Assembly (NCBI GenBank): GCA_016840065.1
Contig: JAEOTB010000010.1
Coordinates: 12,342 to 76,341 of the forward strand
Direction of reading: 5' to 3'
From: Candidatus Hermodarchaeota archaeon
GTDB lineage: Archaea > Asgardarchaeota > Hermodarchaeia > Hermodarchaeales > Hermodarchaeaceae
DNA length: 64,000 nucleotides
Position 1 is the first letter of the stretch. Each line of letters opens with the position of its first letter. A model generated the notes under the pieces. The model was not told the origin of the DNA. It saw only the letters and a list, made by a program, of their open reading frames with translations, and searched no databases. Both the position numbers and the translations under genes were made by a program. Below, one piece after another: positions 1 through 9,283 of this stretch.

Positions 1-188
1 ATTTCTACCAAAATCACATGGATGAAGTATGTCACAAAATATTCGCATTTCTTGTTGACAATACCTGATTTCCAAGCAAGAGTATCACATTCCCGCTGAT
101 TTATGTAATTTGCACGTAAAGTCGAACAATAATCCTTATTAGTAAAGGGTTCTGGCTATGGTCAAAGCATCAAGGCGAGGATCAAACC

Positions 189-1529
189 GTGGTCAAAGTA
201 TATGGTCGTCCAGCAGAGGAAGTGACGAATCTTCTGCGCCAATCTAAGGTAACGATTGATGTCGTGGGCATTGGCAATATGGGGCTTCCTGTAGCTGTAT
301 CCTTTGCCAAAGAGGGAGCAAAGGTAATCGGGGTCCGTACAAGACAGGATGTTGTTGACCGAATTAACCAAGGTGAATGCCCCTTCATCGGCGAACCTCA
401 AATACCAGAACTACTTCAAAAAATGGTTAAAGCTGGGAAACTCCGGGCGACGACCGACGGTGTAGAGGCTGCACGTGAATCTGATGTGGTCATTATACTA
501 GTCCCTCTTCTCGTAGATGAATTGGGCAAAGAAGATTATAGCATAATTCGCAGTGCTGCAAGACAAGTTGGGAAAGGATTAGAAAAGGGTCATCTTGTAA
601 TCACTTCCACAACAATGCCGCCTGGTGCGACCGAAAAAATAGTACGACCAATTCTAGAGGAGGAGAGTGGTCTTGTGGCTGGGAAGGACTTTGGGTTAGC
701 TCATAGCCCAGAAAGGTTGATGGTTGGTCGTGTGGTTCGTAACCTCTACAGGTTTCCAAAGGTTGTAGGTGGTCTTGATAAGGCTAGCTGTGAAGCTGCA
801 GCGGGTGTATATGGGGTGTTTGGTGAGGTTCTACAAACATCCTCACTACTAGCAGCTGAATTGGCCAAAGTATTCGAAGGTACTTTTCGCGACGTTAACA
901 TTGCCTATGCAAATTTCTTGGCAAAGCTTTGCGAACCCTTGGGAGTAGATGCATGGGAGGTCATACACGCCGCAAACAAGGATACCGGAGAGCATTGCAT
1001 GATTCATCGCCCAAGCAGCGGAGTAGGGGGACACTGCATACCAGTGTATCCGTGGTTTCTCATTAACAAGGCGAAAGAACTTGGAGTTGACGCAACTCTT
1101 CTTCGTCAAGCTAGACATATCAACGATACCATGCCCCAACACACGGTAGACCTTGTCATTCGATGCCTGAATGCTCAAGGAAAACCTGTGAAGGGCTCCC
1201 GCATTGGTCTTCTCGGTCTATCCTTCCGTTCTGATGTAAAGGAAACTCGGTTTGCGTCTAGTCTAATAATTAGGGAAATTCTCAGTGAATATCAACCAGA
1301 AGCAATCCTAGCCCATGATCCTCATTTCTCTAAGGACGAAATTCGTAAACTAGGTTTCACTCCAGCCACTCTCGCTGAAATACTAGATGCTGAATGTGTA
1401 ATTCTCATAGCCGCACACAAAACCTATCGCGAATCCTTAGCTAAACTGAAAAAGATAAAGAATCGCCTTGTGGATACCACGAATCTGCTCTCAGATGCTC
1501 TATGGAAAGTAGGAAAGATACAACTGTAA
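189..1529 (+). CDS. NAD-dependent nucleotide-sugar dehydrogenase (UDP-glucose/GDP-mannose dehydrogenase family, WecC/Ugd-like)
   Basis: 446-aa ORF with an N-terminal Rossmann motif (VVGIGNMGLPVAVSFAKEG). The catalytic-Cys motif GGHCIPVYP and overall length are typical of this family. GTG start. Confidence 0.8.
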   Translation: MVKVYGRPAEEVTNLLRQSKVTIDVVGIGNMGLPVAVSFAKEGAKVIGVRTRQDVVDRINQGECPFIGEPQIPELLQKMVKAGKLRATTDGVEAARESDVVIILVPLLVDELGKEDYSIIRSAARQVGKGLEKGHLVITSTTMPPGATEKIVRPILEEESGLVAGKDFGLAHSPERLMVGRVVRNLYRFPKVVGGLDKASCEAAAGVYGVFGEVLQTSSLLAAELAKVFEGTFRDVNIAYANFLAKLCEPLGVDAWEVIHAANKDTGEHCMIHRPSSGVGGHCIPVYPWFLINKAKELGVDATLLRQARHINDTMPQHTVDLVIRCLNAQGKPVKGSRIGLLGLSFRSDVKETRFASSLIIREILSEYQPEAILAHDPHFSKDEIRKLGFTPATLAEILDAECVILIAAHKTYRESLAKLKKIKNRLVDTTNLLSDALWKVGKIQL

Positions 1530-1716
1530 CAGCTTTTCCTGTGTCAATGCGGAACAGGGTACGATTTCTCTATATTTTACCAGTTGATGCAGACATTTTT
1601 CGCTAAAGATACATAAATAGTTGTGCTTTTTAAGAAAAAACTGATGTTTCTATTGCTATTGTGGCGGTGCTATAAAAAGCCATGAAGCACACCTTTCTAG
1701 TGAGGTTATAATACCT

Positions 1717-2646
1717 TTGACATATGAAGTCGAAGATGCTCCAAATGGAGCTATCACAAAGCACGCAAATGTCGCAAAGTGCCCCGATTGCAGTTCGCAA
1801 GATATTGTCCATGACCCGCAACGAGGAGAACTCATCTGCTCGGGTTGTGGAGTTGTGCTCTCTGAAAGTCTAATTGATCATCGTCCAGGAATGCGTGCTT
1901 TCACCCCAGAAGAAAAAGCGCGGAGAACCTCTAATGGGCTTCCTCTGACTCAGATGCTACCTGATTTCGGTCTCTCTACTACTGTGTCTCACAGAGTGAA
2001 TGGGTCTGGTATATCTGCTGAACGCCATAGTCGACTAGAACGTATTATGCGATGGAATTCTCGTTCGTCTTGGCGACGGCGAAACTTCACCATCGCATTT
2101 ACTGAAGTCAGGCGGCTTGCAGAAAAGCTTAGTCTCCCAGGTCACATCCGGGAAACCTCTGCAATTTACTACAGGAAAGCCTACAAAAACGACCTTCTCC
2201 GTGGCCACAGCATCAAAGCAATGGTCGCTGCTTGTATATTTGCAGCCTGTAAGACCTGTGGCTTCCCAGTTACCTTAGATAGTGTTCTGAACTCGTCAGA
2301 AGAGGAGGAACGAGTTATCAAACGATGCTATGTTCTCCTTGTAAAGACGCTTGATTTGAAGCCGAAAAGACAAAATCTCGCAGAGATTGTACCCCGCTTT
2401 ACTAGCATCCTAGGGCTTTCCATTCAAGTCGAACAAAAGGCAAAGAAAATCCTTGCCATAGCAGCAGAGAAACTCCGATTATCAGGAAAAGATCCAAAGG
2501 GATATGTTGCAGCAGCCATCTATCTCGCAGCGAAACTTCTTGGAGAACAACGCTCACAACAAACTGTTGCATCAGCTCTCGGTATTACCGAAGTGACCTT
2601 ACGATCTCGCTTCAGGGAAATCGCCAAATTTGTAGAAAGCCACTAG
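1717..2646 (+). CDS. tfb: Transcription initiation factor IIB (TFB)
   Basis: N-terminal zinc ribbon CPDCSSQDIVHDPQRGELICSGCG, followed by two cyclin-like repeats. TTG is the only in-frame start near the N-terminus. TATAAAAA at 1671-1678 lies about 40 nt upstream. Confidence 0.9.
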   Translation: MTYEVEDAPNGAITKHANVAKCPDCSSQDIVHDPQRGELICSGCGVVLSESLIDHRPGMRAFTPEEKARRTSNGLPLTQMLPDFGLSTTVSHRVNGSGISAERHSRLERIMRWNSRSSWRRRNFTIAFTEVRRLAEKLSLPGHIRETSAIYYRKAYKNDLLRGHSIKAMVAACIFAACKTCGFPVTLDSVLNSSEEEERVIKRCYVLLVKTLDLKPKRQNLAEIVPRFTSILGLSIQVEQKAKKILAIAAEKLRLSGKDPKGYVAAAIYLAAKLLGEQRSQQTVASALGITEVTLRSRFREIAKFVESH

Positions 2647-2722
2647 TACAAGTCGATTACTCTACTCTTGGAGCAAGCCTTATAGGCGTCTTGAAGACTC
2701 CGATGACACCATAAGCCATGTT

Positions 2723-4141
2723 TTGGCTGGTGATGAATTGGAGCCTTCAGAGTCATCGTTGTCTCAGCTAGATAATCTTCTCAATCCAAAATCAGTAGCA
2801 GTGATTGGTGCTTCAGACAAGACTGGCAGAATCGGGTTTGTAGTTGTAAACAGTTTGATTCAAGGAGGTTTCTCTGGACCAATTTATCCAGTGAATCCTC
2901 GCCTAACTCGCTTGCTAGATATACCAGCTTTTCCATCTATCGGATCTGTTCCTGGTGAAGTAGACTTAGCAATAATTGTACTTCGAAAGGAGCTTGTATT
3001 GAAGGCTATGGAGGATTGTGGGCGAAAGGGTGTCCGGGCAGTAATAGTGATGAGTTCGGGCTTTAGTGAACTAGGAGATGACGAGGCTGAAGAGGCGCTG
3101 ACTTCCAAAGCTCGACAATATGGAATGCGATTCTTGGGACCAAATTGTGCTGGGTATGCAGCACCTTGGGAAAGTGTTTACGCTAGCTTCGAAAACCGAG
3201 TACAAACAGGAAATCTCGGTTTCATATCGCAGAGTGGAGCAATGTGTGCAGTATTTCTAGCCCTTGCACGTGCTGAAGGTTTAGGTCTGAGTATATTCGT
3301 CAGCTACGGTAACGCCGCTGATGTTGGCCCAGATGAATTACTCAAATATCTCAGCAAGCACGAGCCCAGCCACCTAATTGTTGGTTATCTTGAGGGGCTT
3401 GTTCAGCGTCAGGCTCGAAAGTTCCTCTCTGCAGCTCGATCAATTACTCCTCACAAACCAGTTCTAGTACTAAAGCCTGGAACCACTGGAGCCGGAACTC
3501 GTGCGATAGCTAGTCATACGGGGGCTTTAGCAGGCGAACAAGCAATTTATTCTGGGGCGTTTCGTCAAGCTGGTATCCTTCAAGCAAACACATTGTACGA
3601 GTTCATTGACGCATGTAAGACGTTGACTACACTACCTTTACCTTCTGGCAACAGAGTAGCTATCATGACAAATAGTGGGGGACCAGGCGTACTAGCTGTT
3701 GATGCATGTGCTCGCGTTGGGCTATCAGTTCCACGCTTTGAATCTAGCTTCATGCAACATCTCAATGAAATCCTACCGCCCTCCTGTTCAGTAGATAATC
3801 CAGTAGATGTTGGACCTGAAGGCAATGAAGGAACCTATCAGCAGATTGTACAGCTGCTTCTTGCCAATAATGAAGTCGACATTGTGCTTGTAGTCTGTGT
3901 TCCTCCGGCCTTTAGTGACATCCGAGCAATCACAAAGGCAGTAATAGCAGCAAAAAGAACATGTACCTCAAAGCCCCTTGTCACCTGCTGGATGGCAGGG
4001 GATATTGTAGCGGAGAGCTTACCACTGCTTGAGAGAGCAACGATTCCCAACTTTCCCACACCGCAACGTGCAGCTACAGCTCTATCCTTCCTAGTTCGGC
4101 GAGCAAGATGGCTCAGTAACCTACCTAAAACCGAATCGTAG
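2723..4141 (+). CDS. ADP-forming acetyl-CoA synthetase alpha-type protein (CoA-binding plus succinyl-CoA-ligase-like domains)
   Basis: PKSVAVIGASDKTGRIGF CoA-binding N-terminus, with GPNCAGY, SQSGA and ASHTGALAG motifs. No ATP-grasp beta domain in this ORF. Start is uncertain (TTG at 2723 or the in-frame TTG 12 codons downstream). Confidence 0.75.
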   Translation: MAGDELEPSESSLSQLDNLLNPKSVAVIGASDKTGRIGFVVVNSLIQGGFSGPIYPVNPRLTRLLDIPAFPSIGSVPGEVDLAIIVLRKELVLKAMEDCGRKGVRAVIVMSSGFSELGDDEAEEALTSKARQYGMRFLGPNCAGYAAPWESVYASFENRVQTGNLGFISQSGAMCAVFLALARAEGLGLSIFVSYGNAADVGPDELLKYLSKHEPSHLIVGYLEGLVQRQARKFLSAARSITPHKPVLVLKPGTTGAGTRAIASHTGALAGEQAIYSGAFRQAGILQANTLYEFIDACKTLTTLPLPSGNRVAIMTNSGGPGVLAVDACARVGLSVPRFESSFMQHLNEILPPSCSVDNPVDVGPEGNEGTYQQIVQLLLANNEVDIVLVVCVPPAFSDIRAITKAVIAAKRTCTSKPLVTCWMAGDIVAESLPLLERATIPNFPTPQRAATALSFLVRRARWLSNLPKTES

Positions 4142-4216
4142 ACAATTGAGTGGTATTTGAGAAGCCCACAAGACTAAAGAAGTGTATAACAGTCGAAAAA
4201 ATGGAGAGATGTTGCC

Positions 4217-6001
4217 ATGCGCGTGGCTGTACTAGATCCAAAATCCTGTAACCCACCAAAATGTACTAAAGAGTGCCGCCGCTTTTGCCCGGCTGTTCGA
4301 ATGGGAGAAGATGCAGTGGTCTTTGAGAAAGAGGACAGCCAACCACGTATTGTTGAGATACTGTGCTCAGGTTGTGGTATATGCACGCGTAAATGTCCCT
4401 TTAAGGCAATCAGCATTGTAAATATTGCAGACGAACTGGAGAAGGATACCTCGCATCGTTACGGACCCAATAGCTTTCAATTATTCAGGCTGCCAATTCC
4501 AGCTCCAGGTGCAGTAACTGGACTTGTTGGTGCCAATGGCACGGGCAAATCTACTGCCCTCAAAATACTCGCCTTACAGTTGAAGCCAAATCTAGGAGAG
4601 TTCGAGCAGCCTCCAGAATGGCCAGAAATTATACGTTATTACCGTGGCTCAGGTCTTCAGCCTTACTTCGAGAAGGCAGCCCGAGGTGAACTGAAGATAG
4701 CCTATAAACCCCAGACTATCTCAGCAATTCCAGAAACCTACAAGGGTACGGTGGAACAACTACTCGCCGCTACTGATGAAAGGGAAATCCTTCCAGAGAT
4801 TGTGAAGCAGTTAGAGCTGAAAGGTGTGCTGCAGCGAGATATCAAAGTCCTCAGCGGAGGCGAGCTTCAACGTGTAGCTATCGCTGCTGTTATGACTCGT
4901 GATGCGGACGTCTATCTAATTGATGAACCCACCTCATATCTAGACGTTTATCAAAGAGTCAGAACAGCAAGGGCCATACGCTCCTTGGCAGCCGAAGGAA
5001 AGACCGTTATCAGCGTAGTTCACGACTTAGCTGTAGCCGATTATATATCCGATTACGTCTGTATATTCTATGGAAAGGCCGGGACTTACGGTATCGTATC
5101 ACACCCGCATGGAGTTCGCGAAGGCATCAACATATACCTTAATGGATACCTACCGGACAGCAACGTTCGATTCCGCGAAGAGGAAATACGCTTCTCGACA
5201 CGACCGCCAACAGCAGAGTATTGGGATTCTGTGGAAGTCCTTCTAGAATATGAGGCGATGACTAAAAGTTTTGAAGACTTCAAACTTATCGTTGAACCAG
5301 GTCAAATACACCGAGGCGAAGTAATTGGAATCCTAGGCGCAAATGGCATTGGAAAGACAACCTTCGTTAGGCTACTAGCAAAGGAGGTTGAACCTGACAT
5401 TGGTGCCTTACCAGAAACCGAAATCAAAGTCAGCTACAAACCCCAATACATCAAGGCAGAAGAGGACATCACTGTGATTGAAGGACTCCAAGCTGCAGGT
5501 GGAGCCGTAGTACTCACAAGCGTCTTCAAATCGGATGTATTACGCCCTCTGGAACTAACGGAAATGGAGGATCGCCTACTCACCGAACTTAGCGGCGGCG
5601 AACTCCAACGTGTAGCAATCGCAGCTTGCCTTGCCAGAAAAGCTGACCTCTATCTTATTGATGAGCCCTCAGCGTTTCTAGATATTGAGCAGCGTCTCGC
5701 CACAGCAAAAGTCATACGTCATCTCGTTCATGAACAGGGCAAAGCCGCCCTAGTAGTAGAACATGATATGGTCTCAATTTCTGCATTCGCAGATACAATA
5801 GCAGTCTTTAGTGGACAACCTGGGGTTGAGGGAATAAGCCACTCCCCAGTTGACATAAGAACTGGCATGAATTCCTTTCTAAAAGAGATGAACGTGACCT
5901 TCCGTCGCGATCACGCCACTGGAAGGCCAAGAGTCAACAAACAAGACAGCAGACTAGATAGAGAACAGAAACAACGGGGAGAATACTACTACGTCGCATG
6001 A
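4217..6001 (+). CDS. ABCE1: ABCE1 / RNase L inhibitor-type ribosome recycling ATPase
   Basis: MRVAVLDPKSCNPPKC N-terminus with two 4Fe-4S ferredoxin Cys clusters. Two ABC cassettes follow (GANGTGKST / GANGIGKTT Walker A; LSGGELQRV signature twice). Confidence 0.95.
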   Translation: MRVAVLDPKSCNPPKCTKECRRFCPAVRMGEDAVVFEKEDSQPRIVEILCSGCGICTRKCPFKAISIVNIADELEKDTSHRYGPNSFQLFRLPIPAPGAVTGLVGANGTGKSTALKILALQLKPNLGEFEQPPEWPEIIRYYRGSGLQPYFEKAARGELKIAYKPQTISAIPETYKGTVEQLLAATDEREILPEIVKQLELKGVLQRDIKVLSGGELQRVAIAAVMTRDADVYLIDEPTSYLDVYQRVRTARAIRSLAAEGKTVISVVHDLAVADYISDYVCIFYGKAGTYGIVSHPHGVREGINIYLNGYLPDSNVRFREEEIRFSTRPPTAEYWDSVEVLLEYEAMTKSFEDFKLIVEPGQIHRGEVIGILGANGIGKTTFVRLLAKEVEPDIGALPETEIKVSYKPQYIKAEEDITVIEGLQAAGGAVVLTSVFKSDVLRPLELTEMEDRLLTELSGGELQRVAIAACLARKADLYLIDEPSAFLDIEQRLATAKVIRHLVHEQGKAALVVEHDMVSISAFADTIAVFSGQPGVEGISHSPVDIRTGMNSFLKEMNVTFRRDHATGRPRVNKQDSRLDREQKQRGEYYYVA

Positions 6002-6059
6002 AGAGGAAAACGCTGATAATCGTTAGGCATCCATTCCAAAATCAATCAAATGTCACTTA

Positions 6060-6983
6060 TTATACGGTAAGTGGTCCGAAGCGGCCTTTATGTGGTCTCA
6101 GGATTTTCACAATATTTCTTCCTTTCGTGACACCCAGGGATCGAGCGACAGGTTCACATTTTGTACGAAGCAGGTGTGCAGTTGGCTTAGGAACTGAAAA
6201 CTCAGGTAAGGTCTCCCAATGTCCCATTCCCTTTGCCACAACAAGGTCAACTTCATCGAATCGACTAAGGAATTCCCTGGAACACCATTTAGGAATAACA
6301 CCAACAGCGCCACCGCCAGTAGTAATTACCTCTGCAAATTCCTCCAATCGTGCAGCTGATGCATCTTCTAGGGTTGCGTCATTCAAAACCGGTGCGCCCT
6401 TCACAGCTACAGTGACTTTAATCCCTAGCTCAGATAATATCTTCAAAAGGGGGCGATCAAATACGACTTCACCAGCGTTATCAGTTAAGAAGAGAATTGA
6501 CCCAGTATTTCGAAGCTTACGCCAAATTTGGTCGGTTTCATCAATTGCCATCTCCCCTTGAGCACAAGATACCATCCCATCAAGTGAATCCCAAGGTACC
6601 TCGTGACCTGAAACACCATATTCAATAACATTCCCTAGCGAGGCTGCAATGCATGCTCGTTGGAATCTGTTTTCTGGGGTCTTCGCGGCCTCGACGAAGT
6701 CTTCTAGCCTTGGAAGCAAACGTAACGCAGTTTCATTAGACTGACGCTTAAGTGCCGCATAGGGATCTGCGCAACCAGTCATTTTCTGCACTGTTTGGTC
6801 TCTTGCAGTTCCAATATAGGCAGGTATTTTCTCTACACCTTTACCCTTTGTCAGCGAATAGTGCATACCCTTCACTAACTCGGTCATCACGCGAAGCTGT
6901 AGTGCCCTATCTGTAGTTGCCAGTTGTGCTTCCTCTAAGCCACGGTGGAGAAGACAACTCACGCACTGACTATCCATTTGCAC
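6060..6983 (-). CDS. DUF89 (ARMT1-like) damage-control phosphatase family protein
   Basis: N-terminal CVSCLL motif, DNAGEVVFD and AKGMGHWE motifs characteristic of DUF89. Confidence 0.7.
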   Translation of the reverse strand: MQMDSQCVSCLLHRGLEEAQLATTDRALQLRVMTELVKGMHYSLTKGKGVEKIPAYIGTARDQTVQKMTGCADPYAALKRQSNETALRLLPRLEDFVEAAKTPENRFQRACIAASLGNVIEYGVSGHEVPWDSLDGMVSCAQGEMAIDETDQIWRKLRNTGSILFLTDNAGEVVFDRPLLKILSELGIKVTVAVKGAPVLNDATLEDASAARLEEFAEVITTGGGAVGVIPKWCSREFLSRFDEVDLVVAKGMGHWETLPEFSVPKPTAHLLRTKCEPVARSLGVTKGRNIVKILRPHKGRFGPLTV

Positions 6984-7087
6984 AATCTACAACCTCTGAA
7001 ATGATTAGGAGAATCACAATCGAACCCCTAAAAACCTTTTAGTTTGACTATCCAAGATAAAAGCCGTTCACAGACAAAAAAAGGAAA

Positions 7088-7163
7088 TGGCGGGCCCTCG
7101 GGGATTTGAACCCCGGATCTCTAATTCCGCAAACTAGCGCCTTAACCACTAGGCCAAGGGCCC
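7088..7163 (-). tRNA. tRNA-Arg (anticodon GCG), CCA encoded
   Basis: The reverse complement folds by hand into a canonical 76-nt cloverleaf: GGGCCCT acceptor, GCCT/AGGC D stem, CTAGT/ATTAG anticodon stem. The anticodon loop is TTGCGGA, the T arm is CGGGG-TTCAAAT-CCCCG, and the discriminator is G followed by CCA. Confidence 0.9.
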
Positions 7164-7331
7164 GTATTTGTTGGTGTGCGATGAGTTTGAGTGGAACGCA
7201 TTTAAAGGCTTTTCTTCAAGCCTTGAAAAATTCAGCAATTCCTAAAATCCTTACTCTTCAGTTAGCTGATGCGGCAAGATATCTGATATTATGCGAGCCA
7301 ACGCAGGATTAACCCAGCTATTGTCTCGCAG

Positions 7332-7838
7332 TTATGCTTCCTGAGCCAGGATACCACGCCAGTTATCAATCTCGGAGAGCAATCCTTCTCGATGCTTATC
7401 GGAAATGTTTTGATTAATCTTATACTGCTCAAGAGTACGGATCCAACGCGCCCAGGGTCCCATAAGACGAGGATCGAATCCGACTAGTCTGTGAGACAAC
7501 TCTCTCCTCTTGCGCATTGCCTGCAACACATCTACCGCTCTAGTCAGTCGTTCGATTTCACTGCGCATAGCGTCCACCTCATCTAGAATCGGGTTTGTTC
7601 CATATTGAGCTGAACGAACAGCTTGCTTCTCTAGTATCGCTTCAACTTGGGGGAGGGGCAATTGAGCAGCTCGAAGTGCCTCGTCACACATCCTTGAGGC
7701 TTTCTCGATTATTGCAGAAAGAACTACAATCTTATTTTGCGCAACAACATTTGGGGGCTGCTCCAAGGTAGATTTACAATCTGTAAGGAGGGTCTCCAAG
7801 ACCTGTTTATGTGCTCTAACTTGCTTCTCAAATGACAT
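7332..7838 (-). CDS. Hypothetical alpha-helical/coiled-coil protein
   Basis: 168-aa ORF with heptad-like helical sequence and no recognisable catalytic motif. Confidence 0.4.
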   Translation of the reverse strand: MSFEKQVRAHKQVLETLLTDCKSTLEQPPNVVAQNKIVVLSAIIEKASRMCDEALRAAQLPLPQVEAILEKQAVRSAQYGTNPILDEVDAMRSEIERLTRAVDVLQAMRKRRELSHRLVGFDPRLMGPWARWIRTLEQYKINQNISDKHREGLLSEIDNWRGILAQEA

Positions 7839-7961
7839 CTATCGCTTAACCTTCCTGTGAAAAGACAGACTAGGTATAAGAAAATATAGTCAGGTTGGAG
7901 TAAAAATGTTTTCTCAGCCCCTAGACGAGAGGGGAATCTGTTCATTGAAGGCTTCTCAGGC

Positions 7962-9071
7962 TTAAACGGTGGTTAGCGGGACCTCATTGAGCAGTGTAAA
8001 GGTTTCATCTTTTTGGTGTACTATCATATCACATAGATATACACCACCCAATTTGGGGCGATGAAGACCTGTTTCAATACAAAATACCTGACCTGGGATA
8101 ATTGGTGTGTCATTGTCGAAGTTAAACAAGGGCTGTTCTCTTGGTTGGAGTCCGATGCTGTGGCCCATGGTTCCAAAGAGGTTTTCAGCATAACCTTGCT
8201 CTTCTGCAACACTGTATACTAAGAGGGCAATGTCGCGACAGCTAATCCCTGGAGTCAATTGCTCAATTGCTACCTCTAAGCTGCTGCGCGCGCATTCAAA
8301 GAGGTGTTTTTGACTTTTGTTTGGTTTCCTGGTGATTACTGTGCGAGCCACATCAGAACAGTATTCTTGGTAAACAGCTGAAATTGCGATAACTACGAAC
8401 TCGGAATCACGGATTTCACGGTTGCTTGCCCTAGCATAGGGGCATCTAGTATTCGGACCTGAAGCAATGACCGTGGGATAACCTGTTCCGGTGGCTCCTG
8501 CTTTTCGTAATGTATGCTCAACTTCAGCAGCCACTTCGATTTCAGTAATTCCTGGTTGAATCACTTCGATGGCTGTACGAACACCACACTCGGCAATTTT
8601 AAGGGATGCCTTTAGATGTTCGATCTCTGCTTCGTCCTTCGCCATACGAAGCTCTATCAGAATCGAAGAGATATCCTTGAAACCTGCTTCAGGGAAAAGG
8701 TGCTTCAGTTTCTCAAACCACCGTGCTGTAACGAAGTCAAGCTCGACACCTATGATTCGCGAAGTAAGGTTAAGACTTTCAACAACCTCTTTGATACAAT
8801 TCTCTAAAGCAACCGATTCGGTGGCACTAGATGGGAGAGGATTGGACTGATAGGGTCGGATATTCTTAATCCAAGACGATTTAGCTAGCTCTAAATCGAG
8901 CTGTGGAACGATAAGCCAGGGAGCCCCATCCTTTGTCAGAATCAAAGCTGAGGGGCCAAGTCCTTCCGTTGGTTTGTGTCCCGTCAAATACCTAATGTTG
9001 AAGGGATTGAAGAGGAGAAAACCGTCAACCTCTTCACGGGTCATGGTACGCTTAACTCGATTCAGACGCAT
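7962..9071 (-). CDS. M24 family metallopeptidase (Xaa-Pro aminopeptidase/prolidase-like)
   Basis: Creatinase/prolidase-type N-domain plus a pita-bread domain with HSIGLQPREQP and a CIETG-type metal-ligand context. Confidence 0.8.
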   Translation of the reverse strand: MRLNRVKRTMTREEVDGFLLFNPFNIRYLTGHKPTEGLGPSALILTKDGAPWLIVPQLDLELAKSSWIKNIRPYQSNPLPSSATESVALENCIKEVVESLNLTSRIIGVELDFVTARWFEKLKHLFPEAGFKDISSILIELRMAKDEAEIEHLKASLKIAECGVRTAIEVIQPGITEIEVAAEVEHTLRKAGATGTGYPTVIASGPNTRCPYARASNREIRDSEFVVIAISAVYQEYCSDVARTVITRKPNKSQKHLFECARSSLEVAIEQLTPGISCRDIALLVYSVAEEQGYAENLFGTMGHSIGLQPREQPLFNFDNDTPIIPGQVFCIETGLHRPKLGGVYLCDMIVHQKDETFTLLNEVPLTTV

Positions 9072-9187
9072 CGCAGAATCTCCATTCCATCAATTCCTAG
9101 AGGCATTAAAATTTCTATCTACCATGCTAGCTTCGTGCCTGAAGTCCTTAAATGAGTGACTCATCAAAGCTCGTACTTCAACCCCCT

Positions 9188-9257
9188 GGGCCCATGGCCA
9201 AGTGGTTACGGCGCCGGATTCCGGATATCCCGCGTTCAATTCGCGGTGGGACCGCCA
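9188..9257 (+). pseudogene. tRNA-like element: tRNA-Arg paralog with the anticodon loop reduced to 1-3 nt; CCA encoded
   Basis: 70 nt. The acceptor (GGGCCCA/TGGGACC, with a G3:A70 mismatch), D arm (GCC-AAGTGGTTAC-GGC), 5-nt variable region (ATATC), T arm (CCGCG-TTCAATT-CGCGG), discriminator G and CCA are all present. The anticodon stem CCGGA/TCCGG is separated by a single T, so 6 nt of the loop are missing. Confidence 0.55.
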
Positions 9258-9283
9258 TCTTATTATCTATATCTCAGGGCGGG

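Noticed and set aside
5998-6561. 187-aa + strand ORF overlapping the DUF89 gene
   Set aside because: The opposite-strand ORF carries the DUF89 motifs (DNAGE, KGMGHWE). This ORF is low complexity and has no motifs.
7270-7325. Possible box C/D sRNA (CUGAUGC ... CUGA) in the spacer next to tRNA-Arg
   Set aside because: The C box is imperfect, there is no convincing C' box or terminal D box, and there is no terminal stem.
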